Assembly (NCBI GenBank): GCA_934276635.1
Contig: CAKQTH010000002.1
Coordinates: 11,822-75,821, forward strand
Direction of reading: 5' to 3'
DNA from: an uncultured Alphaproteobacteria bacterium
GTDB taxonomy: Bacteria > Pseudomonadota > Alphaproteobacteria > RF32 > CAG-239
DNA length: 64,000 bases
Every line of letters begins with the position of its first letter. Position 1 is the stretch's first letter. Under the pieces are notes generated by a model. The model saw only the letters and a program-made list of their open reading frames with translations. It ran no database searches and had not been told where the DNA came from. The position numbers and the translations under genes are program-made. Of this stretch, positions 48,497 through 57,986 are shown piece by piece.

Positions 48497-48692
48497 ATCC
48501 CGATATCTCAGATGTCGGGGTTTATAAGGAGGAGCCGTCCGGCCGTATTATTCGATTATACTTCGAACCGCTGTGTCAAGGTGGGCATCATATAACAAGA
48601 CCACGATCTTGTCAGAGACAATTCCCTAAATAATAAATGTTGGCTCGGAAGACTTGCGGAAACACGAACCGGACAGCCTATCCTCCATATAT
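48497..48692 (-). ncRNA. ssrS: 6S RNA (SsrS) candidate with intrinsic terminator, immediately downstream of zapA
   Basis: Conserved zapA-ssrS synteny. Minus-strand terminal arms GGAGGAUAGGCUGUCCGG ... CCGGACGGCUCCUCC can form a closing stem. Internal segments CCGCAAGUCUUCCGAGCCAACAUUUAUUAU and CACCUUGACAC resemble E. coli 6S (CGCAAG...CCUGAGCCGAUAUUUCAUA; CACCUUGAAC). A terminator hairpin CCCGA...UCGGG followed by a U6 run is at 48497-48527. Confidence 0.55.
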
Positions 48693-48699
48693 ACTTATA

Positions 48700-49068
48700 T
48701 TATAACATTTCCAGTTGTTTTGCAAGCAAATTCAACCGTTCTTCAAATTTTTCCAATTTTACGGAAATTTCAGCATCAAGCGGCGCCAAATCGGGCTTTT
48801 TCTCTACGATTTTTTCAACAACTTTCGGTTCTTGCGGGGCTGTTTGTTCGGCACCTTGCGGGTGTTTGCGCAGCTCCGAAATTTCGTCGGCGAGCAAAAG
48901 ACCTATCATCGCCAGCAGCATATTTTCATTGATATGTCCGCCGCCAGCCGTCAGCATCTTAGCTTTTTCATCTAAGATACGCGAAAGCTGGATAATACGC
49001 ACTTCATCGCCGGCATCGCAGGCAATGGCATATTCTCTTGAATTAATCGTTATCGTTACCTGAGCCAT
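48700..49068 (-). CDS. zapA: cell division protein ZapA
   Basis: MAQVTITINSREYAIACDAGDEVRIIQLSRILDEKAK is a typical ZapA N-terminus. Confidence 0.8.
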   Translation of the reverse strand: MAQVTITINSREYAIACDAGDEVRIIQLSRILDEKAKMLTAGGGHINENMLLAMIGLLLADEISELRKHPQGAEQTAPQEPKVVEKIVEKKPDLAPLDAEISVKLEKFEERLNLLAKQLEML

Positions 49069-49303
49069 TTTCCACCAAAATCTTGTTTAAGCGATTGACA
49101 ATTTTTTCCATTCCGTCAGATGCAAAATCAGACGCTTCTTTAAGCTTTTTCACTTTTTTTGAAAGTTCGGCAATCCGCTGATCGGAAGTCGACTGCCGTT
49201 GTTTCATCTGTTCTTTTTTATGATTCATCAGCCGCTCGAGATTCGCCATTGAGCTTTCAATTTTGGCAAACGAGGCCTTGGTATTTACAAATTCATCATC
49301 CAT
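49043..49303 (-). CDS. small coiled-coil protein, DUF4164/ZauP-like (ZapA-upstream protein of alphaproteobacteria)
   Basis: 86 aa coiled coil whose 3' end overlaps the zapA start by 26 nt. This arrangement is conserved in alphaproteobacteria. Confidence 0.5.
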   Translation of the reverse strand: MDDEFVNTKASFAKIESSMANLERLMNHKKEQMKQRQSTSDQRIAELSKKVKKLKEASDFASDGMEKIVNRLNKILVENGSGNDND

Positions 49304-49375
49304 TGCAAAAAATTCTTTCTTTTTAAAGATATTGCTCTATATTTGACATTATAAAAAGATATAACATTTTTACAA

Positions 49376-49936
49376 GTGAAAAAACATAATATGCAAAAAA
49401 TTATCATACAAATAAACAATTCCGATTTTAATATTTGCGAATACGAAGATATTGAATGCTTTGTTTTGGGGCAAAATCTTTCAACCGAGCAAAAAAGAGA
49501 CCTCGCGTCTGCTCTGCAAAAAAAAGAAAAAATCGTTCTTTCGGAGGGGAAAAACGCCACGGAAGAATGCAAACTTTTGAAAACCGACGGCATAATTCTT
49601 GACCTGAGCGATTCCGAACATATCAAAAAAGATTTTGACGCGGCAAAAAAAATTGTCGGCAATCAGGCCGTTATCGGAACTATTGTCCGCTGTCGCCGGC
49701 ACGAGGCAATGATTGCGGCAGAATGCGAGCCCGATTTTGTGGCATTTAAGGTTTGGGAAAACATAAGCGAAAAACAGGCGGAAGTTTTTGACTGGTATCA
49801 GGAGTTTTTTCTTATCCAAAGCGCCGCCGTTTTATGCTCCGAAGAATTATGCAAACAAAAAATCAATACCGATATCCTGATTATTAATGAAAAAAAATAT
49901 AAGATTTTGGTTGCAATAAACAAAAAAGCAGAGTAA
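49376..49936 (+). CDS. hypothetical protein, 186 aa; weak resemblance to the thiamine-phosphate synthase (ThiE/TenI) fold
   Basis: TDGIILDLSD and AVIGTIVRCRRHEAMIAAECEPDFVAFK loosely match ThiE motifs (ADGVHLGQ.D; IGvS.H...A...GADYi.fGP). The match is weak. Confidence 0.35.
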   Translation: MKKHNMQKIIIQINNSDFNICEYEDIECFVLGQNLSTEQKRDLASALQKKEKIVLSEGKNATEECKLLKTDGIILDLSDSEHIKKDFDAAKKIVGNQAVIGTIVRCRRHEAMIAAECEPDFVAFKVWENISEKQAEVFDWYQEFFLIQSAAVLCSEELCKQKINTDILIINEKKYKILVAINKKAE

Positions 49937-49985
49937 AAAATTCTAAAATAATCTGTTTTAACATTGTGAATATGGAGAAATACAA

Positions 49986-50549
49986 ATGAAACAATTAGCT
50001 GGTTCTATCCGTATCGGATGGGTAATCGAATACAAGGGAAAACCGTGGACGGTTGTTAAAGCTCAACATATTAAACCGGGTAAAGGCGGCGCTTTTATGC
50101 AGGTTGAACTCAAAGCCGTTGAAGAAGGGACAAAAACGAACGAAAGATTCAGAACTGAAGACAGTGTTGAAAAATTGATGGTAGAATCCAAAGACTGCCA
50201 GTTTTTGTTTGAAGACAGCACCGGTCTGACCTTTATGGAAAGCGAAACTTTTGAACAGTTTACAATGCCTTCCGATATCCTGGGCGACTCTCGTCCGTTT
50301 TTGACCGACGGTATGGAAGTTAAGATTGACTATATCGACGGCAAACCGATTTCGGTAGAACTTCCGCTTCAGGTTGTTTGCGAAGTTGTTGAAACAGAAC
50401 CTGTCGTTAAGGGCCAGACTGTTTCTTCGTCTTATAAACCGGCAATTATCGACAACGGTATGCGCATTATGGTTCCGCCGTTTGTAGGCGTCGGCGACAA
50501 AATCGTGGTCGGAACAGCAGAATCCAACTATGTTGAAAGAGCAAAATAA
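49986..50549 (+). CDS. efp: elongation factor P
   Basis: 187 aa with the KPGKGGAF loop motif. Confidence 0.9.
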   Translation: MKQLAGSIRIGWVIEYKGKPWTVVKAQHIKPGKGGAFMQVELKAVEEGTKTNERFRTEDSVEKLMVESKDCQFLFEDSTGLTFMESETFEQFTMPSDILGDSRPFLTDGMEVKIDYIDGKPISVELPLQVVCEVVETEPVVKGQTVSSSYKPAIIDNGMRIMVPPFVGVGDKIVVGTAESNYVERAK

Positions 50550-51337
50550 TGGCTTATCTTTCCCCTGCGTTGACCAATTTGGTTAATCTTGTCAAAAAGT
50601 CCGCTTCCGGAATCGGCCGCGACTTTAACGAGATTGAACAGTTGCAGTCATCAATAAGAGACTATCGCAGATTTATTGCAACCTCTTATAACAAAATAGA
50701 GAGCTCTCTGCGTGCGGATATTCAGGCTCTTTACCCGAGCTATCCGGTTTTGGGATATCAGGACAGAGCACAAACCGACACCTATCTTTGCATCTCGCCT
50801 ATTGAAGGGCTGACAAACTTTTCTCACGGCAATCCAAATTTTGCAATTTGTGTTGCCGCGGTAGAAAAAGGCGTTCCGGTTATGGGAATTGTCTATAACC
50901 CGATTTCTGACGAGTTGTTTTTTGCCGAAAAAGGCAAAGGCGCGTTCAAAGAAGGTTTCCGCAATCATGAGCGTTTGCGCGTTTCTTCCCGCAAAGACTT
51001 TACTCACGCCGTTGTCGCGGTCACCCACCAGACTCCGGCGATTATGGAGGTTTTGAGCGAAGAATTTACGCATATCCGCATCAGCGGTTCGGCCGCGCTT
51101 GATATGGCATATCTTGCTGCCGGAAAATTTGATGCGATTATTTGCGACAAAGCGGAATTTAATGATATTGCAGCAGGCCTTTTGCTGGTGAAAGAAGCCG
51201 GCGGTTCGGTTCTTGACGCACATCAAAAAGACCCCCGCTCCGAAGACATAACCAAAACGCTCAAAGCCGAGACCATTATTGCGACCAACTTTGAGCTCAG
51301 CCAAAAATTCTTTGCCCTGATGAAAAAGGCCGTATAA
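50549..51337 (+). CDS. suhB: inositol monophosphatase family protein (SuhB-like)
   Basis: About 262 aa, IMPase family. The start overlaps the efp stop. Confidence 0.7.
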   Translation: MAYLSPALTNLVNLVKKSASGIGRDFNEIEQLQSSIRDYRRFIATSYNKIESSLRADIQALYPSYPVLGYQDRAQTDTYLCISPIEGLTNFSHGNPNFAICVAAVEKGVPVMGIVYNPISDELFFAEKGKGAFKEGFRNHERLRVSSRKDFTHAVVAVTHQTPAIMEVLSEEFTHIRISGSAALDMAYLAAGKFDAIICDKAEFNDIAAGLLLVKEAGGSVLDAHQKDPRSEDITKTLKAETIIATNFELSQKFFALMKKAV

Positions 51338-51431
51338 AGAATTTTTAAAAAATATAAAATAATGCTTGCTTAATTTTTTACTATTTGTTATAAGGGTGAA
51401 AAATTTTGTGAAGTTTGTTTGGAGAAAAGAA

Positions 51432-51662
51432 ATGAAAAAAGGTATTCACCCTGATTATCACGAGATTACATATGTGATGACAGATGGTACAGAAGTTAAA
51501 ACCAGATCCACTTGGGGCAAAGAAGGCTCTAAGATGAATTTGGAAATTGATCCGAAATCTCATCCGGCTTGGACAGGCATCCATCGTATGGTAGATTCCG
51601 GCGGTCAGGTTTCTAAATTTAACAACAAGTTTGCCGCATTTGGAATTAAGTCCGGCAACTAG
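51432..51662 (+). CDS. rpmE: 50S ribosomal protein L31
   Basis: [22 protein letters not shown]... The start was moved to the ATG at 51432, which has a GGAGAAAAG ribosome-binding site. The ORF-track N-extension is spurious. Confidence 0.85.
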   Translation: MKKGIHPDYHEITYVMTDGTEVKTRSTWGKEGSKMNLEIDPKSHPAWTGIHRMVDSGGQVSKFNNKFAAFGIKSGN

Positions 51663-51684
51663 TATTCGGGATTTTATTTAAAAA

Positions 51685-51717
51685 CCTGCAATTATTATTA
51701 AAATTGCGGGTTTTTTT
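51685..51717 (+). terminator. rho-independent terminator after rpmE
   Basis: CCTGCAATT-8 nt-AATTGCGGG followed by a T7 run. Confidence 0.65.
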
Positions 51718-51810
51718 GTTTTTTACATGCAAATAGTTCTTGTATAATCTGCAAACATTTTCTATTGTAGATGCATTAAAGATTTTAATTTTTTAAGGAA
51801 GGATAAAAAT

Positions 51811-52680
51811 ATGACTGCTCCTTTGATGCCAAAAGCAACCGCTGTATGGCTTGTTGAAAACACTACTCTGACATTTCGTCAAATCGCAACTTTTTGCGAA
51901 CTGCACGAGCTTGAAATTCAGGCGATTGCGGACGGCGATGTCGCATACAACATTATCGGTATCAGCCCGATTGCAAACAATCAGCTGACTGCTGAAGAGA
52001 TTCGCCGCTGTGAAGCCGACGAAGCCTCCGATTTGGTTGCCAATGAGCAAGAAAACAATGTTAAAATCAGAAACTTTAAGACCAAAAAGCTTTTGTCGCC
52101 GACTCAAAGAAACGACAAACCGAGCGCCATTTTGTGGATTATCAGAAATTGTCCTGAAATTATGGATTCGCAAATCTGTAAACTCATCGGCACCACAAAA
52201 CCGACCATTACGGCTATCCGCAACGGCTCTCACCGCAATATGGCAGAAATTAAGCCGAAGAACCCGATTGCCATCGGACTTTGCAACGAAAAAGATTTGG
52301 ACAGCGCTTTGACGATTTCAAAATCCCGTCTGAATCCGAAAGTCAAGAAAACCACAAAGAAAAAGAAATCTGCTGCGAAAAAGACCGCAGCAAAAAAGAG
52401 TGTTGTAAAAGCAGCGAAAAAAGTTTCTGCAAAGAAAACTGCCGTAAAGAAAACAACAGCGAAAAAGGCCGAAAAGAAAGCTCCGAAAAAAGCAGCCAAA
52501 AAATCGGCTAAAAAAGCTCCTGCAAAGAAGGTCTCAGTAAAGAAAGCTACAAAACCGGCCGCTAAAAAGGCACCGGCAAAGAAAGCTACAAAGAAGACCT
52601 CGGCAAAGAAGGTTGCAAAAAAGACCTCGGCAAAAAAATCAAGCGCTAAAAAAACAACTGCAAAAAAAGCTGCAAAATAG
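51811..52680 (+). CDS. DUF1013-like alphaproteobacterial protein fused to a roughly 120-aa Lys/Ala-rich histone H1-like C-terminal tail
   Basis: The N-terminus MTAPLMPKATAVWLVENTTLTFRQIATFCELHELEIQAIADGDVA matches the conserved DUF1013 start as I recall it. The C-terminus is made of AKKxxAKK repeats. Confidence 0.45.
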   Translation: MTAPLMPKATAVWLVENTTLTFRQIATFCELHELEIQAIADGDVAYNIIGISPIANNQLTAEEIRRCEADEASDLVANEQENNVKIRNFKTKKLLSPTQRNDKPSAILWIIRNCPEIMDSQICKLIGTTKPTITAIRNGSHRNMAEIKPKNPIAIGLCNEKDLDSALTISKSRLNPKVKKTTKKKKSAAKKTAAKKSVVKAAKKVSAKKTAVKKTTAKKAEKKAPKKAAKKSAKKAPAKKVSVKKATKPAAKKAPAKKATKKTSAKKVAKKTSAKKSSAKKTTAKKAAK

Positions 52681-52705
52681 CCGCCTGAGCACAAAAAACA
52701 AAAAA

Positions 52706-52733
52706 GAATCGGATTATCTCCGATTCTTTTTTT
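52706..52733. terminator. bidirectional rho-independent terminator
   Basis: AGAATCGGA-ttatc-TCCGATTCT flanked by an A-run and a T-run, between convergent genes. Confidence 0.7.
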
Positions 52734-52744
52734 ATGCCTCTTGC

Positions 52745-53995
52745 CTAGTCTTTCAGCTCAATCACCCGGCATTGCTGATATAACACATGCCCGATGGTCG
52801 AAACTTTGCTGCCGTATGAAATTAGGTCAATCACCCGCGAATCGTTATCATACTGCGTATGCGCCGCAACCGGATTGACAACGCTGACCCCGAACGCGGA
52901 AATCGGATTTTCGATATTAAGGCTGACATTCGTCACATTCACGCACATTCTCGAATCGATATAATTGTCCACAAAATCTTGCGGAATGTCATAACTCAGA
53001 ATATCGTTCGGGTCAGAAAATGCAACAATATCAATACTCTTGAAAACGCGATTGTTATAATATTTTCCTCCCTTTGTGCAATATTGTTTATACTGATTTA
53101 CAATTTTCGGCGTTTTTCGTCCGATTTGAAGCATCGGAAGCTGGTTCGCCAACATATAAACCGTCAGTTCCTTGTTTTTCATCGAATTAATGATTTTCTG
53201 ACTGTCTGCACTTTTGACTATTTTAGCGTCGGCTTTGGAAACGGAATCTACCACATCTGCCAAAGTATCAATCAAAATCCGGCTGCCCAGACTGTGGGTT
53301 ATAAACACCATATCATTGTCGGCAAAATCTTTGATTTGATTATAGGCGGAAACATTGCAAACCTTTTTTTCGCTGAACGGAAGCTCGTCAAACTCCGAGC
53401 TCAGCATCCAGCAAATTGCCTGTTTGCTTGAGTCCAAAATATAGTCGCCGTTGTCAACCAGATACATCATCGGGTCAGGCACCGTATCATCAAAAAACTT
53501 TTTGATTCCGTTATTAAATCCGGCGCGTTTATAGCTGTATAAGCCGGAATAATCATAGGCTAAAATTTGTTTTTCGGGTGAAGTGATTATCGACCAGGTC
53601 AGCTCATAAAACAGCAAAGTTTTCTTTCTGTCCGCCGTTTGCATTTGCGTAACCCGCAAATTTCCGATATCGGTTTTGCGGTCTTTCGGGCTGATAAGCG
53701 TAATATTTTTAGAGCGTCTGGAAAACACCGTCAGGTTCAAATCTTTTGCCAGATTTTCTTGGATTCGTCCGGAATAGCCGGCATAATGCGTTCCGACACC
53801 ATGAATCATCAAAACTTTGACGATTTTATCCTGCTCAAGATATGTGGCAATGCCTTCAAACGACCGGCCTCTGATTTCGCACTGTTTCAGGCTTTTTTCT
53901 TCTTCACTGCGATCAAGCAGAGCCTCGACCATACCTCTTCCGAACGAACTGCACGCCGCCAAAAAAAAGACCGTCAAAAGCAATATTTTTTTCAT
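52745..53995 (-). CDS. lipoprotein, putative alpha/beta-hydrolase (lipase/esterase-like)
   Basis: Lipobox MKKILLLTVFFLAACSS. Nucleophile-elbow-like FITHSLGSRIL. 416 aa. Confidence 0.5.
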   Translation of the reverse strand: MKKILLLTVFFLAACSSFGRGMVEALLDRSEEEKSLKQCEIRGRSFEGIATYLEQDKIVKVLMIHGVGTHYAGYSGRIQENLAKDLNLTVFSRRSKNITLISPKDRKTDIGNLRVTQMQTADRKKTLLFYELTWSIITSPEKQILAYDYSGLYSYKRAGFNNGIKKFFDDTVPDPMMYLVDNGDYILDSSKQAICWMLSSEFDELPFSEKKVCNVSAYNQIKDFADNDMVFITHSLGSRILIDTLADVVDSVSKADAKIVKSADSQKIINSMKNKELTVYMLANQLPMLQIGRKTPKIVNQYKQYCTKGGKYYNNRVFKSIDIVAFSDPNDILSYDIPQDFVDNYIDSRMCVNVTNVSLNIENPISAFGVSVVNPVAAHTQYDNDSRVIDLISYGSKVSTIGHVLYQQCRVIELKD

Positions 53996-54002
53996 ATTAT
54001 CC

Positions 54003-54923
54003 TCATTTTGTTATTGCGGCAGGCTTTGCGCTCAGCTTTGCCTTTTGCATATTTTCCAATTTTGCAAGCATCAGCCGGCCCGATTTTGCAAACATATTTT
54101 TGAGCAGATTTTGAGCCTCTTTTTGTTCGCTTTGCGAATTGTCAAAAACCGTAACTCTGCTCTGCCCGTCTTTAAATATTTCCATTTCATCGGCAGATTT
54201 CAACACAAACGAGACCTCAAGCTGCAAACGGCTGGAATCTTTTCCGACTTTTTCGATTTTTGCCTTAGATACTTTCGGATAAATCAGATAATCGGCAATG
54301 CTTTTGTCGTCCGTAATGAAAAAATATGCGCTTTTACCGAGCTGATGCTTTATCAGTCTGGAATGATTTTCGGACATTGCTCCGTTATAAAACTCTGTCG
54401 GCGCAATATACACAAGCCCCATATCCTCGGCCGAGACCTTCGGTGCTTCCGGCTCTTTTTCATCAGCCTTGAGCTGAGATTGCATATTGTTTTCATCAAT
54501 AACGGTTTCTATCACCGCATCGGTCGGATTTTCTTCTTTTCTGTCCTTCAAAAAGTTTGCGATTCCGTCTTCCAGATTATACGATTTTATGTTGCCGCTG
54601 ACCGAAACACAAATTTTTCCGTCATCTTCCGAGATTGTCTGCACCGATATTTCTTCCAAAAACTCATCAATCAGGCTGTATACCATCACATTAAAATCGT
54701 GCTGATTGAGGTTATTTTTATATTTTACGACCTGAGGCAGACTTTCTACCCCGACAAAACTTGCTTTGTCGGTCACTCTTGCTCTGAGCGACGCTTTTGT
54801 CTCGTTATTTTTTTGCTCTTCGCAAGCGTTTCCTTCAACTTTTATATCACTATCCGTTCTGCTTTGCGCCAACACCGAAGTTGAGAGCAAAATCAGAGCC
54901 ATACATAAACCGATATTTTTCAT
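54003..54923 (-). CDS. secreted hypothetical protein, 306 aa
   Basis: Signal peptide MKNIGLCMALILLSTSVLAQS. An 8-nt gap to the downstream lipoprotein gene suggests an operon. The antisense 355-aa ORF (53817-54884) has non-protein-like composition. Confidence 0.55.
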   Translation of the reverse strand: MKNIGLCMALILLSTSVLAQSRTDSDIKVEGNACEEQKNNETKASLRARVTDKASFVGVESLPQVVKYKNNLNQHDFNVMVYSLIDEFLEEISVQTISEDDGKICVSVSGNIKSYNLEDGIANFLKDRKEENPTDAVIETVIDENNMQSQLKADEKEPEAPKVSAEDMGLVYIAPTEFYNGAMSENHSRLIKHQLGKSAYFFITDDKSIADYLIYPKVSKAKIEKVGKDSSRLQLEVSFVLKSADEMEIFKDGQSRVTVFDNSQSEQKEAQNLLKNMFAKSGRLMLAKLENMQKAKLSAKPAAITK

Positions 54924-55057
54924 CTGACTAACTCTTATTATTGTTTTTGTTTATCCTATATAATTATTTATATAATTGCAAACCTTATTTATCAATTGAT
55001 TTCAATTTGCTTTTTGTTATAATTGCCCGCAGACGCAACAAATGATGAGGACTTTCG

Positions 55058-55495
55058 ATGCTTTTGACTTTTTCGGCTGTTTTACTTGTTTTTTTGGCGA
55101 TTATACCGCCGCTTCAGCGCAACCCGTTTTATCTGATAAATTCCGCCGTCGTAATCGGCATTGCTTGGTTTTTGGAAACATATTGTTTCAGGGCAACTCC
55201 GTTTGCTCCGAAAACTTTTATGCTTTTGGTCGTTGTTCAGTTTGTCACCATCAACATCACGACTTTTGTTGCATATTATATCGACAAGCGGGCGGCAATC
55301 CGCGGTTCATACCGAATTTCGGAAAAAAATCTGCATATGCTTGAGTTTTTGGGAGGTTCCTTCGGCGCCCTGCTCGGACAGAAATTTTTGCGCCACAAAA
55401 GCAAAAAGCGATCATATCAATTTATGTTTCATCTGATTGTTATTGCACAATTTGCCGCCGTATTTGCAATTTTAAGATTCTTGCATTTTATTTAA
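55058..55495 (+). CDS. DUF1294 family membrane protein
   Basis: 145 aa with three TMs and the GGSFGALLGQKFLRHKSKK motif. Confidence 0.6.
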   Translation: MLLTFSAVLLVFLAIIPPLQRNPFYLINSAVVIGIAWFLETYCFRATPFAPKTFMLLVVVQFVTINITTFVAYYIDKRAAIRGSYRISEKNLHMLEFLGGSFGALLGQKFLRHKSKKRSYQFMFHLIVIAQFAAVFAILRFLHFI

Positions 55496-55562
55496 ATTTA
55501 TCTTGCATACACGCAATTTATCTGTATTATGCGGATATGCGTTTTTTATATGGAATATTTGA

Positions 55563-57341
55563 ATGACTAAAGAAAAAAATTCTAAACTTAATTCTCCGGA
55601 AATGAGCTTTCATAAACACTATCAAATTATGTGGCCGTATGTCAAACCGTACACAATCCGCGCCTTGCTCGCTATCTTGATTTGTATCCCTATCGGCGCG
55701 CTCGACTCGGTGGTCGCTCTTTCGCTCAAACCTTATATGGATGTTGTTTTGGTTAACAAAAGCGAAGGCTCCCCGGCCTATATTCCGTTGCTTATTGTCG
55801 GATTTACCAGCGTACAGGGATTTTTGAATTATCTGGCAACATATCTGAACACATGGGTCGGCACAAAAATCAATCACGATTTGAAACGCGCGATGTATAA
55901 AAAGCTGCTGTTTTTGGAAACCAGATTTTTTGACACATGTGATTCCGGAACAATTTTGCAAAGATTTTCGTCGGATACGGATATTGCCTGCTCCGGTCTG
56001 CTTGACAACCTGAAACTTTTTGTTTCGCGCCTGTTTTCGTCTTTGTCGCTGATTTGCGTTTTGATATACAACTCGTGGCAGCTGTCGATTATCGCGATTG
56101 TGGTGCTGCTGTTTGCACTGCTCCCGCTTTCAACAGTCAAAAGACGGATAAAAAATGTGGTGCTGCGCAATGTTGAAGAAGCCAGCAAAATCTCCACAAA
56201 TTATAACGAAACTTTCGGCGGAAACAAAACAATTTCGGCATATAACCTGCAAAAACACATGTACAATCAGTTTAACGATACTCTCAATCAAATTTTCAAA
56301 TTAATAATGAAAGTTGTACAAAGAACTGGCTGGATGACACCATTGATGCACATCATTGTTTCTATCGGTATCGGTGCGGTTATCGGTTACGGCAGCTATC
56401 TTATCGTAAACGGAACCATAACCAGCGGCAGCTTTGTTTCGTTTATCACCGCGCTGATTTTGCTGTATACCCCGATTAAGGGCATCGGCAAAAACTTCAA
56501 CAATGTTCAGGTTTCTTTTTTGGCTATCGAGCGCGTGGCCGAAATTCTGGCGATTGAACCGTCAATCAAAGACATTGCCAATCCGCAAAAAATGAACGGC
56601 GTAAACAAAGATATCGTATTTGACAATGTTTGGTTTGAATATAACGAAAATTGTCCGGTATTAAAAGGAATCTCGTTTACGGCAAAAGCCGGACAGACAA
56701 CTGCTTTGGTCGGGAACTCCGGCGGCGGAAAATCTACTATTGTAAATCTTCTGCCTCGTTTTTATGACACCAAAAGCGGCGAGATTTATATCGACGGCAC
56801 GGATATCAAAAGCTTTTCGCTGGAAGATTTGCGCAACAATATCGCTGTTGTTTTTCAGGATAACTTTTTGTTTTCGGGCACAATTCGCCAAAACCTTTTG
56901 TTCGGCAAAGAAAATGCTACCGATGAAGAGCTGCATCATGCCCTGAAAATGGCATATTTAGATGAATTTGTGAGCGAACTAGAACACGGAATCGACACCC
57001 AAATCGGCGAACGCGGAACATTGCTTTCAGGCGGTCAGCGCCAAAGATTGGCTATCGCACGCGCTTTTTTGAAAGACTCTCCGATTGTGATTTTGGACGA
57101 AGCAACCTCGGCGCTTGACAACAAAACGGAAGCCCTTGTTCAAAAGGCCATCGACAATCTGATGAAAAACAAGACCGTATTTGTGATTGCACACCGCCTG
57201 TCAACCATTCAAAACGCGGACAACATTCTTGTTTTGAACGATGGACAAATCGTTGAACAGGGAACGCATGAAGACTTGTTGAAAGTTGAAAACGGAATTT
57301 ATCGCTCGCTTTATAACGCACAATTCAAAAACGCGGCATAA
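55563..57341 (+). CDS. ABC transporter, fused permease/ATPase (MsbA-like exporter)
   Basis: Six N-terminal TMs, Walker A GNSGGGKST, signature LSGGQRQRLAIARA, Walker B ILDEATSALD. Confidence 0.9.
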   Translation: MTKEKNSKLNSPEMSFHKHYQIMWPYVKPYTIRALLAILICIPIGALDSVVALSLKPYMDVVLVNKSEGSPAYIPLLIVGFTSVQGFLNYLATYLNTWVGTKINHDLKRAMYKKLLFLETRFFDTCDSGTILQRFSSDTDIACSGLLDNLKLFVSRLFSSLSLICVLIYNSWQLSIIAIVVLLFALLPLSTVKRRIKNVVLRNVEEASKISTNYNETFGGNKTISAYNLQKHMYNQFNDTLNQIFKLIMKVVQRTGWMTPLMHIIVSIGIGAVIGYGSYLIVNGTITSGSFVSFITALILLYTPIKGIGKNFNNVQVSFLAIERVAEILAIEPSIKDIANPQKMNGVNKDIVFDNVWFEYNENCPVLKGISFTAKAGQTTALVGNSGGGKSTIVNLLPRFYDTKSGEIYIDGTDIKSFSLEDLRNNIAVVFQDNFLFSGTIRQNLLFGKENATDEELHHALKMAYLDEFVSELEHGIDTQIGERGTLLSGGQRQRLAIARAFLKDSPIVILDEATSALDNKTEALVQKAIDNLMKNKTVFVIAHRLSTIQNADNILVLNDGQIVEQGTHEDLLKVENGIYRSLYNAQFKNAA

Positions 57342-57986
57342 TCAACCTATTAACGAATTTATTTCTGCGCGAACCAGCTCCAGACCGATACCTTTTTCGG
57401 AGCTGGTAGCCAGAATTTTCGGATACGCCGCCGCGTGTTTTGAAAGCTCAAGCTTTGTTTTTTGCATAACCTCATCAAGTGCTTTTTTGCTGATTTTATC
57501 AATTTTTGTAAGCACAATCTGATATATTACCGCGGCCTTGTCCAACATCTCCATAATTTGCTCATCAACTTTTTTCAGCCCGTGGCGTGAATCAATCAGC
57601 AGAAAAACTCTTTTAAGGCTTGCTCTGCCCTGAAGATAGGCCATAATCAGCTTTTGCCACTGTTTTACAACACTGTCCGGAGCCTGTGCAAAACCGTATC
57701 CCGGAAGATCCACCAGATAAATCTGTTTGTTCAGCAAAAAATAGTTCAGTTGCTGAGTTCTCCCCGGAGTATTCGAAGTTTTTGCCAGTTTTTTCTGATA
57801 GAATATCGCATTGATAATGCTTGATTTTCCGACATTTGAGCGGCCGGCAAAGGCCACTTCGGCAAATTCATCGCCCGGCAGTTGCTCAAGTTTTGCTACC
57901 CCGAGCACAAACTCACAGTTTTTGCGAAAAAGAGCATTTGCTTCATCTATCTGCACCGGCAAAAATTCTTCGGTTTCAAACTCCAT
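57342..57986 (-). CDS. engB: ribosome biogenesis GTP-binding protein YihA/EngB
   Basis: G1 motif GRSNVGKSS and DLPGYGFA. Part of the conserved yidC-engB arrangement. Confidence 0.85.
   Translation of the reverse strand: MEFETEEFLPVQIDEANALFRKNCEFVLGVAKLEQLPGDEFAEVAFAGRSNVGKSSIINAIFYQKKLAKTSNTPGRTQQLNYFLLNKQIYLVDLPGYGFAQAPDSVVKQWQKLIMAYLQGRASLKRVFLLIDSRHGLKKVDEQIMEMLDKAAVIYQIVLTKIDKISKKALDEVMQKTKLELSKHAAAYPKILATSSEKGIGLELVRAEINSLIG

Noticed and set aside
52230-52694. 154-aa Phe/Ala-rich minus-strand ORF
   Set aside because: It is the reverse complement of the AAG/AAA-rich Lys/Ala tail of the 51811-52680 gene, an artefact of low-complexity DNA.
53817-54884. 355-aa plus-strand ORF
   Set aside because: It overlaps the 54003-54923 minus-strand gene, which has a clean signal peptide and protein-like composition. 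The plus-strand product is F/L/R/C-rich and has no ribosome-binding site.
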